Notes under the pieces: model-generated | Seen by the model: only the letters and a program-made list of their open reading frames with translations | The model's database searches: none | What the model was told of the DNA's origin: nothing | Translations under genes and position numbers: made by a program | Assembly (NCBI GenBank): GCA_030390025.1 | Contig: JASTWF010000336.1 | Span: 310,001-374,000 of the forward strand | Length of the DNA stretch: 64,000 nt | Origin: Squalus acanthias | Lineage: Eukaryota | Direction of reading: 5' to 3' | Shown here: positions 38,080 to 49,735 of the stretch, in pieces | Numbering within the stretch: the stretch's first letter is position 1 | Layout: every line of letters starts with the position of its first letter

Positions 38080-39138
38080 CTGTATCTGAAAGTCTCTGGT
38101 ATGTGAGTGTGAGTTTCACTCTGTATCTGACAGTCTCTGGTATGTGAGTGTGAGTTTCACTCTGTATCTGACAGTCTCTGGTATGTGAGTGTGAGTTTCA
38201 CTTTGTATCTGAAAGTCTCTGGTATGTGAGTGTGGATTTCGTTCTGTTTCTGTCAGTCTCTGGTATGTGAGTGTGAGTTTCACTCTGTATCTGACAGTCT
38301 CTGGTATGTGAGTGTGAGTTTCACTCTGTATCTGACAGTCTCTGGAATGTGAGTGTGAGTTTCACTCTGTATCTGACAGTCTCTGGAATGTGAGTGTGAG
38401 TTTCACTCTGTATCTGACAGTCTCTGGAATGTCAGTGTGAGTTTCACTCTGTATCTGACAGTCTCTGGAATGTGAGTGTGAGTTTCACTCTGTATCTGAC
38501 AGTCTCTGGAATGTGAGTGTGAGGTTCACTCTGTATCTGACAGTCTCTGGAATGTGAGTGTGAGGTTCACTCTGTATCTGACAGTCTCTGGAATGTGAGT
38601 GTGAGTTTCACTCTGTATCTGACAGTCTCTGGAATGTGAGTGTGAGTTTCACTCTGTATCTGACAGTCTCTGGTATGTGAGTGTTAGTTTCACTCTGTAT
38701 CTGACAGTTTCAAGGATGTGAGTGTGAGTTTCACTCTGTATCTGACAGTCTCTGGTCTGTGAGAGTGAGTTTCACTCTGTATCTGACAGTCTCTGGTATG
38801 TGAGAGTGAGTTTCACTCTGTATCTGACAGTCTCTGGAATGTTAGTGTGAGTTTCACTCTGTATCTGACAGTCTCTGGTATGTGAGTGTGAGTTTCACTC
38901 TATATCTGACAGTCTCTGGAATGTGAGTGTGAGTTTCACTCTGTATCTGACAGTCTCTGGAATGTGAGTGTGAGTTTCACTCTGTATCTGACAGTCTCTG
39001 GAATGTGAGTGTGGGTTTCACTCTGTATCTGACAGTCTCTGGTATGTGAGTGTGAGTTTCACTCTGTATCTGTTAGTCTCTGGAATGATTTTGGGTTTCA
39101 CTCTGTATCTGACAGTCTCTGGAATGTGAGTGTGAGCT
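38080..39138. repeat. Homogeneous 41-bp tandem array, about 25 units
   Basis: (gtgagtgtgagtttcactctgtatctgacagtctctgg[t/a]at)n with few variants. Confidence 0.95.
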
Positions 39139-40827
39139 TGTAGAATTCGCAATATATCGCGATTTTATTAATGAGGAGAAAACACATAGTTTCGTTCAAA
39201 CAGCTTTTATTTCAGCAGAATGCTGTCAGGTTTCAAAGTGGACACAAGCAGCTTGTAAAATGGCCGCCGCACCTCGTGGCAGAACATTCTAGACTTTTCG
39301 ACAGGCAGACAAGATGGCGTTCCAATAAACATTTGTGCAAGATCGATTAAGATTCAGCACATTGAAGATAATACACGAGACATCTTGGGTTTGCAGTATA
39401 CACATAGATACTGAAATCGGTCTCCCGGGTACGAATAAAGGCTATTGTACCAAGTAATCAAGAGCCCATCCAAAGACATTAATATGTAAAATCCCAACGA
39501 CTCTACGATGAGAGAGCCGTTAGCGGGTAGTTACAGAAAACACTTGGAGGCCCCAAAACCCCTCCAGGGAGAACACCGACCGATTAAACAATGGGAGAAA
39601 TATTAACAGGTACTCAGACATTTACGAGTAGCCCCGAAACCCATTAAAAACGGAAATCACCTATACAAGACATTTGAGCGCCAAACCCTAACAAAAGGAA
39701 AAGACATTAAGGTTGGGCGGGAAACAGAAGATTTTGTACTATAATTACAAGCTCCAACCGTCCATCTCTCTCTTATCCTCTTATCTTGCTGGTGTTCATC
39801 CTCGTGGCTGCTCCTGTGTTCTTGACTCGCCGTCTTGTTCCTGTTTGCCTCGTGTCTCTTTTTAAAAGACTGTTGAACTTTGTGATCCGCTCGGATCTAC
39901 CTCGTGTCGTGTCACGAAGACCTGTGTTGGTAACCGGCATCGGAACCAACGGCCCGAGAAGAGATGAGATGAGATGAGATGAGAAGAGACGAAGACCATA
40001 CTTATCGCCACGGTCAGTAAGCCCCGACCGCGCCTGTAGGTCGAATTGACATTTTTCCTTGCCAGGAAGACTTCTTTGAACTTTAAAGAACGGACACCGG
40101 AAGATTCTTTTCGTAAGTGTTGACTGGAATGTGAAACCCACCAAAACAGATCTTCATGACGGACACCGGGAGATTATTCTCTTAAGTGTTGACTGGTACG
40201 TGAAACCCACAAACACAGATCTTCATAACAACAGACGTTCCAGCCGCTAGCCGGAGCAGAAGCAAGTAAACAAGTGGGGCCAGGAGACCCCCTGATCGAC
40301 ACGTGGGTGCTGCGGTGAAAAACATCCGATCAGCTATTCGGAATTTCTCTGAGTTATCACGAATGGTGAGCATGAGTCTCGAATCCTACGAATCTAGTTT
40401 AGAATAGGTATTGATAGGGGAGGGTTTAAGTATTAAGGATAATTGTAATGTGTGCCCCCATTTACGGTGTGTCGTTCGTTCCTCGTTTCCCTGAAATCAG
40501 TTACATAACTGCGTGTAAGATTGTACTGTCATTAATCTGTGCTTATGACATGTATTTCGTAATCTTAAATATTATGCAATAAAGATTTTCCATTTCGTAC
40601 CATTCAACCGAGTCTACCTGAGTTTCATCTCCATTACTGCTCTCGCATCTAAGTCCAGTGTCTAGAACCGTAAGGGCGAGTGATTCGAACCACTCACAGG
40701 TGTGTCTAGTGCTCCCAGACTGGCTGGAGACCAGAACAGGCAACAAGGCCTAAACCCGCACTGACATACAGGCTGCACAGAGCCACGTGAATCTCACAGG
40801 CTGAGGGACACGTTCAAAACCCTTACA
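39139..40827 (+). mobile_element. Solo LTR, 1689 bp (ERV or Gypsy lineage)
   Basis: Starts TGTA, ends TACA, flanked by a 4-bp duplication AGCT (39135-39138, 40828-40831) inside a satellite unit. TATAAT at ~39740 and AATAAA at 40578 suggest + orientation. No recognisable coding sequence. Confidence 0.8.
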
Positions 40828-42120
40828 AGCTTTATGCTGTACCTGTCAACTTCTGTTGTCAGAGTAAGAGTTTTATTCAATGCCTGACAGTTTCTGAGAG
40901 GGGAGTGTGGAATTTAGTCTGCATCTGTAAGTCACTTGTTTGTGAGTAATGGCATTAATCTGTATATGTATCATTCAGAGTCTGGAATGAGAGTGTGGGC
41001 TTTACTCTGTACCTGTCAGTCTCTGGGATTTGATTCTGTATCTGTCAGCTTCTGGTGTGCGAGTGTGGATTTCACTCTGTAACTTTCTATCTCTTGTATG
41101 TGAGTGTGGTACTATCTCTGTAAATGTCAGTTCCTAGTATGTGACTGGGGTTTTATTTTGTACCTGTCAGTTTCTGTTATATGAGTAAAGGTTTTAATCA
41201 GTCGCTGCCTGTTTCTGGTAGGGGAGTGTGGATTTCAGTCTCTATCTGCCAGTCTATGCTTGTGAGTGTGCGTTTCACCCTGTACCTGTCACTCTCTGAG
41301 ATGTGAGTGCGAGTTTCACTCTGTATCTGTCAGTCTCTTTTAAGTGAGTGTTGATTTTATCTATAGCTGTCAACCTGGTATGTTAGTGTGGGTTTTACTC
41401 TAGCTATCGGTCACTCGGATGTGTGTGTGGATTTTACTCTAACTCAGTTTCTAGTATATGGATGTGGAGTTTTGTCTGTACCTGTCAGTTTCTGGTGTGA
41501 GTGTGGATTTTACTTTGTACCTGTCTGTCTCTGCTTTGTGAGTGTGGGATTGATTCTGTATCTGTTAGACTGGTAATGTAGGTGAGTGTGAGATTCATTA
41601 TGTAATTTACAGTCTCTTGTACTGCACTATTCTTGCTCTGTGTGATTGTTGGATTCCATTCCTTCTCCACCTTGTGTAGGCCGATGCTAGTTTGAGACTA
41701 CCTGCGACTGTCTCAGGAGGAGATTTGGTTCAGTCCATTACCTCCGATTCTCTGGTCTTGTCTGTTAGTTGTTGGGTTTGACTGTCCGTGTACAGCCAGC
41801 AGTGTGGATTCACACCGTATCAGTGTCTATCTGTTTGTGTGTGTGAGTAAGGGAGTGAAAATAGATCTGCCTGCCAGTGCGAGATGTTTGGACTTGGAAA
41901 CAACAGAGCTGTGATTGGCTCCTGTCCCTGAATCTGGGGATCAGACACTGTGAGGAGCGCCGGCCTCAGAGTGTTTAACACTGACTGAGCTGAGAAACTC
42001 CAACTAACCCCGAGAATCGGCAGCACAGGTCGAGCGGAGAGGAAAACCTGTCCCGGGAACTGTAAATCTGGGAGCAGATTGTGCTGTGAATGAGCAGAGT
42101 GAACATTGTGTCAGCGAGAG

Positions 42121-42592
42121 TGTGTTAAAGGAGCGGGCGGGTTAGACTAATGTCACTGTGTTTGTGTGTCCGCTCTCATCGCCGGATTTCACAGACCCTC
42201 TTGTGTAAAATTCAAAGATTTCACTGTCATAGGATCGCCCTGCCCCCCTGCTCAGCCCCGAAGTGCGAATTAAACGTGAAGTTTTATTTGATTTCAAAGT
42301 TTAGCCGAAAAACAGCGAATATTTCCGCGATCGGGTGAGAGTGTGCGATCAGTGCAGCAATGAAACGGCTTCAAATCGAAATTGCTGCCTTGAATTCTGA
42401 TGAAACTTTCTCGACAGCAAACATCCCGGTCTTCGAGACAGAAAGAGGCCAGTCTGGGAATCTGGAGTGCCCGAGTTTAATTGGAATCGGAGAGTTAATG
42501 AGGAGAGAGAAACACAGAGAGGCTGGAGGGGCCGGGAGCTGACAGCAGGATGTCTCCGCCCCGTCCGCTCGCTGCCTTTAAGTTGCTCTGTG
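42121..42592 (+). promoter_or_regulatory. H1 promoter: TG boxes, H1 (AC) box, GC box, TATA-like element
   Basis: TGTGTTA at 42121, TGTGTTT at 42157, AAACACA at 42510-42516, CCGCCC at ~42556, TTTAAG at ~42577. Confidence 0.65.
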
Positions 42593-42660
42593 TCGCCGCC
42601 TCTCGTTTCATTTCTGACCCAGCTCTGACTGTCAGAGAGATTTATTACACAGTCGCGGAC

Positions 42661-43347
42661 ATGACTGAGACTGCAGCCGCCGAAACGGCTCCTCCTGCCG
42701 CCGTCGCTCAAACCAAGTCTCCCAGCAAGAAGAAGAAGGTGACTCCCCGCTCCAAGCCAGCCGGTCCCACGTTGGGCGAGCAGATCCTCAAGGTTGTGGC
42801 GAGTGGCAGCGGTCGCAAGGGGATGTCGCTGGCCGGGATAAAGAAGGCTCTGGCTGCCAACGGCGTCGATGTGCAGAAGTTCCGGTCCCAGATCATTTTA
42901 AGTATCAAGAGGAAAGTGGGAAACGGCTCCCTGGAGCAGACCAAGGGCACGGGCGCCGCGGGCTCCTTCAGGCTCGCTAAGAAGGAATCCCAATCGAAAG
43001 AGGGCAAGAAAGTGAGGAAACCGGCAGCCAAGAAATCTGCAGTAAAGAAACCGGCAGCCAAGAAATCTGCAGTAAAGAAACCAGCAGCCAAGAAATCTCC
43101 AGCCAAGAAACCAGCAGCCAAGAAATCTCCAGCCAAGAAAACGATCGCCAAGAAAACGATCGCCAAGAAGGCACCAACATCAAAAAAGTCAGCGAAAGTG
43201 GCGGCTGGGAAGAAGGTTGCGGCGAAGAAGCCCAAGAGCCCCAAGAAGGCCACAGGCGGAATGGTGAAGGTGGCCAAGAAGGTGGAAAAACCCAAGGCCA
43301 AGCCCAAATCAGCAAAGTCTCAGAAAGCAGCGACCAAAAGAAAGTAA
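42661..43347 (+). CDS. H1: Histone H1 (copy 2)
   Basis: 228 aa paralog of 15270 with a normal TAA stop. Stem-loop at 43379-43394 plus ACCCA and AAAAGAGCTG. Confidence 0.96.
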   Translation: MTETAAAETAPPAAVAQTKSPSKKKKVTPRSKPAGPTLGEQILKVVASGSGRKGMSLAGIKKALAANGVDVQKFRSQIILSIKRKVGNGSLEQTKGTGAAGSFRLAKKESQSKEGKKVRKPAAKKSAVKKPAAKKSAVKKPAAKKSPAKKPAAKKSPAKKTIAKKTIAKKAPTSKKSAKVAAGKKVAAKKPKSPKKATGGMVKVAKKVEKPKAKPKSAKSQKAATKRK

Positions 43348-43557
43348 AAAGGACAACTGATAAACATCTGAACCCAAAGGCTCTTTTCAGAGCCACCCAA
43401 GTCTTTCCAAAAAGAGCTGATCGCGGAATCAAATGATCCATGTCCCGGGTCCGGGCTCAGACTCCCGATTGAAATCATTTCAAATGAACCCCGGCTCCAT
43501 GGTGACTCGCTGACTTTCGCTGCGCCCACCCCTTCCCCAGTGTCTGCAATAAAACAA

Positions 43558-46500
43558 ATGCGAGAAGTCGCACAACACCAGGTTATCAAGAGGCGGGAGG
43601 CCCGGGTCGGGCGATTGGAGAAAGAAGTGCTCGACCTGGAGTCCCGTCTCGGTCAAGTCGTCGAGGACCCGGCCCTGCGGAAGGAGTACGAAGAGAAGAA
43701 GGGCGCGCTGAAGGACCTGCAGCTGGTCGGGTCCCGAGGCGCGTACGTGAGGTCGCGGATCCAGTTCCTGCGGGACCTGGACCGCGGCTCCCCCTTCTTC
43801 TACTCGCTGGAAAAAAGACGGGGGGTCCGTAAGCAGCTCTTGGGGCTGCTGGCCGACGACGGATCTCTGGTCTCGGATCCGGAGGGCATCAGCGCGGAGG
43901 CCCGGGCCTATTACGGGGCTCTGTTCTCTTCGGATCCGTCCAGCGAGGATGCGCGCAGAGTTTTGTGGGAGGACCTGCCGAAGGTCGGCCCGGAGGGCGC
44001 CGAGAATTTAGAAGCCCCGCTAAGCCTGGCGGAGCTGACCGGCGCCCTGCGCCAGCTCTCGAGGGGCAAGTCCCCGGGGCTGGACGGGCTGACCGTGGAG
44101 TTCCACAGGGCGTTCTGGGACGTCTTGGGGGACGACTACGCGCGGGTCCTGGGGGAAAGTCTGGCGACCGGGGAGATGCCCCTCTCTTGGCGCAGGGCGG
44201 TCATCGTCCTGCTGCCCAAGAAGGGCGATCTCCGCCTACTTAAGAACTGGCGCCCGGTCTCCCTCCTCAGCACGGACTACAAAATTTTCGCCAGGGCTAT
44301 GTCTGCTCGCCTTGGCACCGTGCTGGCCCGCATGATCCACCCCGACCAGTCCTACACGGTCCCGGGCTGGAGTATCCACGATAACATCCATCTGGTCCGG
44401 GACCTGGTCCACCATTCCCAGAGGGCTGGTCTGTCGGTCGCCTTCCTTTCCCTGGATCAGGAGAAGGCGTTCGACAGGGTGGATCACGAGTATCTTTTCG
44501 GGACTCTGCGCGCATTCGGGTTCGGGACGCATTTCGTCGCCCGGATCCGACTTCTGTACGCCGCCGCGGAGTGTCTGATTAAAGTTAACGGGTCTTTGAC
44601 GGCGCCCCTTCGCTTCGGGAGGGGGGTGCGTCAGGGATGCCCCATGTCCGGTCAGTTATACGCCGTTTGCGTGGAGCCTTTCCTGCGCCTCTTGCGGAAG
44701 AGGTTGACGGGACTGGCTCTGCAAGGGCCGGGCGTGGAGGTGGTCCTCTCGGCTTACGCCGATGACGTGCTCCTCGCGGTCACGGATCCCGTCGACTTGC
44801 GGAGGATGCGAGAATGCCAGCAGATTTACTCGGACGCATCCTCCGCCAAGATCAACTGGGAGAAATGTTCTGGACTCCTGGTGGGCCCATGGCGGGTGGA
44901 CTCCCTGCCGGAGGAGTTCGGGCCTTTCGCCTGGAGCACCACGCACCTCCTCTACCTGGGAGTCTACCTCAGCCCGGCCGAGGACGCCTGGCCGGCGAAC
45001 TGGCAAGAGCTGGAGGCCAAAGTCACCGCTCGCCTAGGACGCTGGACAGGACTGCTCCGAGTGTTGTCCTACAGGGGTCGAGCGCTGGTCATAAACCAGC
45101 TGGTGGCCGCCATGTTGTGGTACCGGTTGGTCACTTTGATCCCTCCCCCTGCGTTTGTCGCCAAGATGCAGAAGAAGCTCGTCGACTTCTTCTGGGACAA
45201 AAGGAAGCACTGGGTCTCTGCCGCGGTTTTGAGTCTCCCGCTTAGGGAGGGCGGTCAGGCGCTGGTGTGCCTTCGCACCCAGGCGGCGACTTTCCGTCTT
45301 CAGACGCTGCAGAGATACCTGTACGTGGAGAATCCTCCTAGGTGGCGTGCGCTGGCGACGTATTTCTTCCGCCAGCTGCACGGCCTCAATTACGACACGC
45401 AGCTCCTGTTTGTGAGAGTGGGTGGCACGCGTGCCAGCCTGCGGGAGCTGCCTGTCTTCTACCAGGAACTGCTATGGGTTTGGAACAGCGTCGCCTCCGA
45501 GCGCAGTTCTCCCCCGTCAGGAGCGGCGGCCGTCCTTCGGGAGCCGCTGTTCAGGAATCCGCACCTCCACGACCGCGGGTTCGGCTGGCTGGCGGAGGGC
45601 AGGGCTGTGCCCGGTAAGGTGACCAGAGTCGGGGACCTGCTCGATGGCGGAGGAGCGGGCTGGATGGCGCCGGAGGAGTTGGCGAGGCGCATGTCTTGGG
45701 TCAACGTCCGGCTCGCGGTCAAAGCCATCGAGTCGCTAAAAGTGGCACTGGGCCCCGTCTCCACTAGGTGTGTCGAGGAGGCTCAAGCACGTGGGGCGAT
45801 CCCGTCCGAACTGACCCCCGTTCGGACGGAATTCCTTATCGGCGCCCGGCCCCGAATCCTCCCTCGGGAGCCGCCGCCTCACCACTTGAGCCTTCTCGGA
45901 GAAATGCCCTCCGTGCCCTTTCAATCCGCACGGAGGCGTTTCCTGTACGGGCTGCTCCTGCACACTCTCCACTTTGCCATCTTCGTCTGCCGTCCGGACA
46001 CGCCTTGGCGTACCATCCTGCCGTCCGGCGGAGGCGAAGGTCCCCATTGGAAGGCTCTCTACACGGGAGTCTTCCCTTGTTCTATTGGGGACTTGGCCTG
46101 GAGGGTGTTGCACGGAGCAGTCCCGTGCAATAGGATTTTAAGTAGGTTTACGGACTCCCAGGCTGCTTGCCATTTCTGCGGCCTGGAGGAGTCCGTCTAT
46201 CACAATTATATTGAGTGTGAGAGGTTGCAGCCCCTCTTTCATTATTTGAAGGGGCTGCTCCTCAATTTCTGGTTGCACTTCAGCCCCACGCTCCTGATCT
46301 ACGGTCACCCGGTGCGGAGGGGAGCGGGTAGGTCGGAGGACCTCCTCGTAGGACTGCTCCTGGGCCTGGCCAAGAAAGCCATTAATTGGTCCAGGCAGCG
46401 GGCGGTCGAGGGGGTCGTTCGGCCCGATTGCCTGCCTCTCTTCCGCGGCCATGTTCGCGCCCGGGTGGCCCTGGAGATGGAGCACGCGGTGTCCGCCGGC

Positions 46501-46581
46501 ATGCTTGAGTTTTTCCGCGACCGGTGGGCGCCGCGGGGACTGGAGTGCATCGTCACCCCGGACTTTCAAATTTTAATTTGA
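43558..46581 (+). CDS. Endonuclease-less Tx1 ORF2 (RT + zinc knuckle), open from an ATG in flanking sequence, 1007 aa
   Basis: The ATG at 43558 is in frame with the uninterrupted RT ORF. Expression is unknown. Confidence 0.55.
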   Translation: MREVAQHQVIKRREARVGRLEKEVLDLESRLGQVVEDPALRKEYEEKKGALKDLQLVGSRGAYVRSRIQFLRDLDRGSPFFYSLEKRRGVRKQLLGLLADDGSLVSDPEGISAEARAYYGALFSSDPSSEDARRVLWEDLPKVGPEGAENLEAPLSLAELTGALRQLSRGKSPGLDGLTVEFHRAFWDVLGDDYARVLGESLATGEMPLSWRRAVIVLLPKKGDLRLLKNWRPVSLLSTDYKIFARAMSARLGTVLARMIHPDQSYTVPGWSIHDNIHLVRDLVHHSQRAGLSVAFLSLDQEKAFDRVDHEYLFGTLRAFGFGTHFVARIRLLYAAAECLIKVNGSLTAPLRFGRGVRQGCPMSGQLYAVCVEPFLRLLRKRLTGLALQGPGVEVVLSAYADDVLLAVTDPVDLRRMRECQQIYSDASSAKINWEKCSGLLVGPWRVDSLPEEFGPFAWSTTHLLYLGVYLSPAEDAWPANWQELEAKVTARLGRWTGLLRVLSYRGRALVINQLVAAMLWYRLVTLIPPPAFVAKMQKKLVDFFWDKRKHWVSAAVLSLPLREGGQALVCLRTQAATFRLQTLQRYLYVENPPRWRALATYFFRQLHGLNYDTQLLFVRVGGTRASLRELPVFYQELLWVWNSVASERSSPPSGAAAVLREPLFRNPHLHDRGFGWLAEGRAVPGKVTRVGDLLDGGGAGWMAPEELARRMSWVNVRLAVKAIESLKVALGPVSTRCVEEAQARGAIPSELTPVRTEFLIGARPRILPREPPPHHLSLLGEMPSVPFQSARRRFLYGLLLHTLHFAIFVCRPDTPWRTILPSGGGEGPHWKALYTGVFPCSIGDLAWRVLHGAVPCNRILSRFTDSQAACHFCGLEESVYHNYIECERLQPLFHYLKGLLLNFWLHFSPTLLIYGHPVRRGAGRSEDLLVGLLLGLAKKAINWSRQRAVEGVVRPDCLPLFRGHVRARVALEMEHAVSAGMLEFFRDRWAPRGLECIVTPDFQILI

Positions 46582-46650
46582 TTTATTAAGTTTCATTTCA
46601 AGTTTTAATTGATTTACAGTAAATTTGCGTTCTGTCAAACCAAAAAGATC
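43587..46650 (+). mobile_element. Tx1-clade (L1 group) non-LTR retrotransposon, 5'-truncated, copy 1
   Basis: Motifs KSPGLDGL, KNWRPVSLL, DQEKAFDRV, GVRQGCPMS, YADD, EGG, and C-terminal CHFC..ESVYH...C zinc knuckle. No APE domain. GC- and CpG-rich. Confidence 0.92.
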
Positions 46651-46663
46651 AACACCAGGTTAT

Positions 46664-49600
46664 CAAGAGGCGGGAGGCCCGGGTCGGGCGATTGGAGAAA
46701 GAAGTGCTCGACCTGGAGTCCCGTCTCGGTCAAGTCGTCGAGGACCCGGCCCTGCGGAAGGAGTACGAAGAGAAGAAGGGCGCGCTGAAGGACCTGCAGC
46801 TGGTCGGGTCCCGAGGCGCGTACGTGAGGTCGCGGATCCAGTTCCTGCGGGACCTGGACCGCGGCTCCCCCTTCTTCTACTCGCTGGAAAAAAGACGGGG
46901 GGTCCGTAAGCAGCTCTTGGGGCTGCTGGCCGACGACGGATCTCTGGTCTCGGATCCGGAGGGCATCAGCGCGGAGGCCCGGGCCTATTACGGGGCTCTG
47001 TTCTCTTCGGATCCGTCCAGCGAGGATGCGCGCAGAGTTTTGTGGGAGGACCTGCCGAAGGTCGGCCCGGAGGGCGCCGAGAATTTAGAAGCTCCGCTAA
47101 GCCTGGCGGAGCTGACCGGCGCCCTGCGCCAGCTCTCGAGGGGCAAGTCCCCGGGGCTGGACGGGCTGACCGTGGAGTTCCACAGGGCGTTCTGGGACGT
47201 CTTGGGGGACGACTACGCGCGGGTCCTGGGGGAAAGTCTGGCGACCGGGGAGATGCCCCTCTCTTGGCGCAGGGCGGTCATCGTCCTGCTGCCCAAGAAG
47301 GGCGATCTCCGCCTACTTAAGAACTGGCGCCCGGTCTCCCTCCTCAGCACGGACTACAAAATTTTCGCCAGGGCTATGTCTGCTCGCCTTGGCACCGTGC
47401 TGGCCCGCATGATCCACCCCGACCAGTCCTACACGGTCCCGGGCCGGAGCATCCACGATAACATCCATCTGGTCCGGGACCTGGTCCACCATTCCCAGAG
47501 GGCTGGTCTGTCGGTCGCCTTCCTTTCCCTGGATCAGGAGAAGGCGTTCGACAGGGTGGATCACGAGTATCTTTTCGGGACTCTGCGCGCATTCGGGTTC
47601 GGGACGCATTTCGTCGCCCGGATCCGACTTCTGTACGCCGCCGCGGAGTGTCTGATTAAAGTTAACGGGTCTTTGACGCGCCCCTTCGCTTCGGGAGGGG
47701 GGTGCGTCAGGGATGCCCCATGTCCGGTCAGTTATACGCCGTTTGCGTGGAGCCTTTCCTGCGCCTCTTGCGGAAGAGGTTGACGGGACTGGCTCTGCAA
47801 GGGCCGGGCGTGGAGGTGGTCCTCTCGGCTTACGCCGATGACGTGCTCCTCGCGGTCACGGATCCCGTCGACTTGCGGAGGATGCGAGAATGCCAGCAGA
47901 TTTACTCGGACGCATCCTCCGCCAAGATCAACTGGGAGAAATGTTCTGGACTCCTGGTGGGCCCATGGCGGGTGGACTCCCTGCCGGAGGAGTTCGGGCC
48001 TTTCGCCTGGAGCACCACGCACCTCCTCTACCTGGGAGTCTACCTCAGCCCGGCCGAGGACGCCTGGCCGGCGAACTGGCAAGAGCTGGAGGCCAAAGTC
48101 ACCGCTCGCCTAGGGCGCTGGACAGGACTGCTCCGAGTGTTGTCCTACAGGGGTCGAGCGCTGGTCATAAACCAGCTGGTGGCCGCCATGTTGTGGTACC
48201 GGTTGGTCACTTTGATCCCTCCCCCTGCGTTTGTCGCCAAGATCCAGAAGAAGCTCGTCGACTTCTTCTGGGACAAAAGGAAGCACTGGGTCTCTGCCGC
48301 GGTTTTGAGTCTCCCGCTTAGGGAGGGCGGTCAGGCGCTGGTGTGCCTTCGCACCCAGGCGGCGACTTTCCGTCTTCAGACGCTGCAGAGATACCTGTAC
48401 GTGGAGAATCCTCCTAGGTGGCGTGCGCTGGCGACGTATTTCTTCCGCCAGCTGCACGGCCTCAATTACGACACGCAGCTCCTGTTTGTGAGAGTGGGTG
48501 GCACGCGTGCCAGCCTGCGGGAGCTGCCTGTCTTCTACCAGGAACTGCTATGGGTTTGGAACAGCGTCGCCTCCGAGCGCAGTTCTCCCCCGTCAGGAGC
48601 GGCGGCCGTCCTTCGGGAGCCGCTGTTCAGGAATCCGCACCTCCACGACCGCGGGTTCGGCTGGCTGGCGGAGGGCAGGGCTGTGCCCGGTAAGGTGACC
48701 AGAGTCGGGGACCTGCTCGATGGCGGAGGAGCGGGCTGGATGGCGCCGGAGGAGTTGGCGAGGCGCATGTCCTGGGTCAACGTCCGGCTCGCGGTCAAAG
48801 CCATCGAGTCGCTAAAAGTGGCACTGGGCCCCGTCTCCACTAGGTGTGTCGAGGAGGCTCAAGCACGTGGGGCGATCCCGTCCGAACTGACCCCCGTTCG
48901 GACGGAATTCCTTATCGGCGCCCGGCCCCGAATCCTCGCTCGGGAGCCGCCGCCTCACCACTTGAGCCTTCTCGGAGAAATGCCCTCCGTGCCCTTTCAA
49001 TCCGCACGGAGGCGTTTCCTGTACGGGCTGCTCCTGCACACTCTCCACTTTGCCATCTTCGTCTGCCGTCCGGACACGCCTTGGCGTACCATCCTGCCGT
49101 CCGGCGGAGGCGAAGGTCCCCATTGGAAGGCTCTCTACGCGGGAGTCTTCCCTTGTTCTATTGGGGACTTGGCCTGGAGGGTGTTGCACGGAGCAGTCCC
49201 GTGCAATAGGATTTTAAGTAGGTTTACGGACTCCCAGGCTGCTTGCCATTTTTGCGGCCTGGAGGAGTCCGTCTATCACATTTATGTTGAATGTGAGAGG
49301 TTGCAGCCCCTCTTTCATTATTTGAAGGGGCTGCTCCTCAATTTCTGGTTGCACTTCAGCCCCACGCTCCTGATCTACGGTCACCCGGTGCGGAGGGGAG
49401 CGGGTAGGTCGGAGGACCTCCTCGTAGGACTGCTCCTGGGCCTGGCCAAGAAAGCCATTAATTGGTCCAGGCAGCGGGCGGTCGAGGGGGTCGTTCGGCC
49501 CGATTGCCTGCCTCTCTTCCGCGGCCATGTTCGCGCCCGGGTGGCCCTGGAGATGGAGCACGCGGTGTCCACCGGCACGCTTGAGTTTTTCCGCGACCGG

Positions 49601-49722
49601 TGGGCGCCGCGGGGACTGGAGTGCATCGTCACCCCGGACTTTCAAATTTTAATTTGATTTATTAAGTTTCATTTCAAGTTTTAATTGATTTACAGTAAAT
49701 TTGGGTTCAACCAAAAAAGATG
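46664..49722 (+). mobile_element. Tx1-clade element copy 2, frameshifted
   Basis: Near-identical to copy 1 with the same 5' end. A 1-bp deletion near 47678 splits the ORF (46692-47783, 47702-49657). Confidence 0.92.
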
Positions 49723-49735
49723 AACACCAGGTTAT

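Larger units (their letters stand above)
30955..41600. repeat. Degenerate TG-rich satellite with related 46-bp and 41-bp units
   Basis: Core tctgtatctgtcagtctctg(g/a)ta[ctgta]tgtgagtgtg. Period is 46 at 32821/32867 and 41 at 38101/38142. Confidence 0.92.

Noticed and set aside
38080..39138. CRISPR-like regular array
   Set aside because: Units are contiguous with no unique spacers, there are no cas genes, and the context is vertebrate. It is a satellite.
39773..40373. Viral accessory ORFs in the LTR
   Set aside because: They are short, have no recognisable motifs and occur on both strands. They cannot be supported without homologs.
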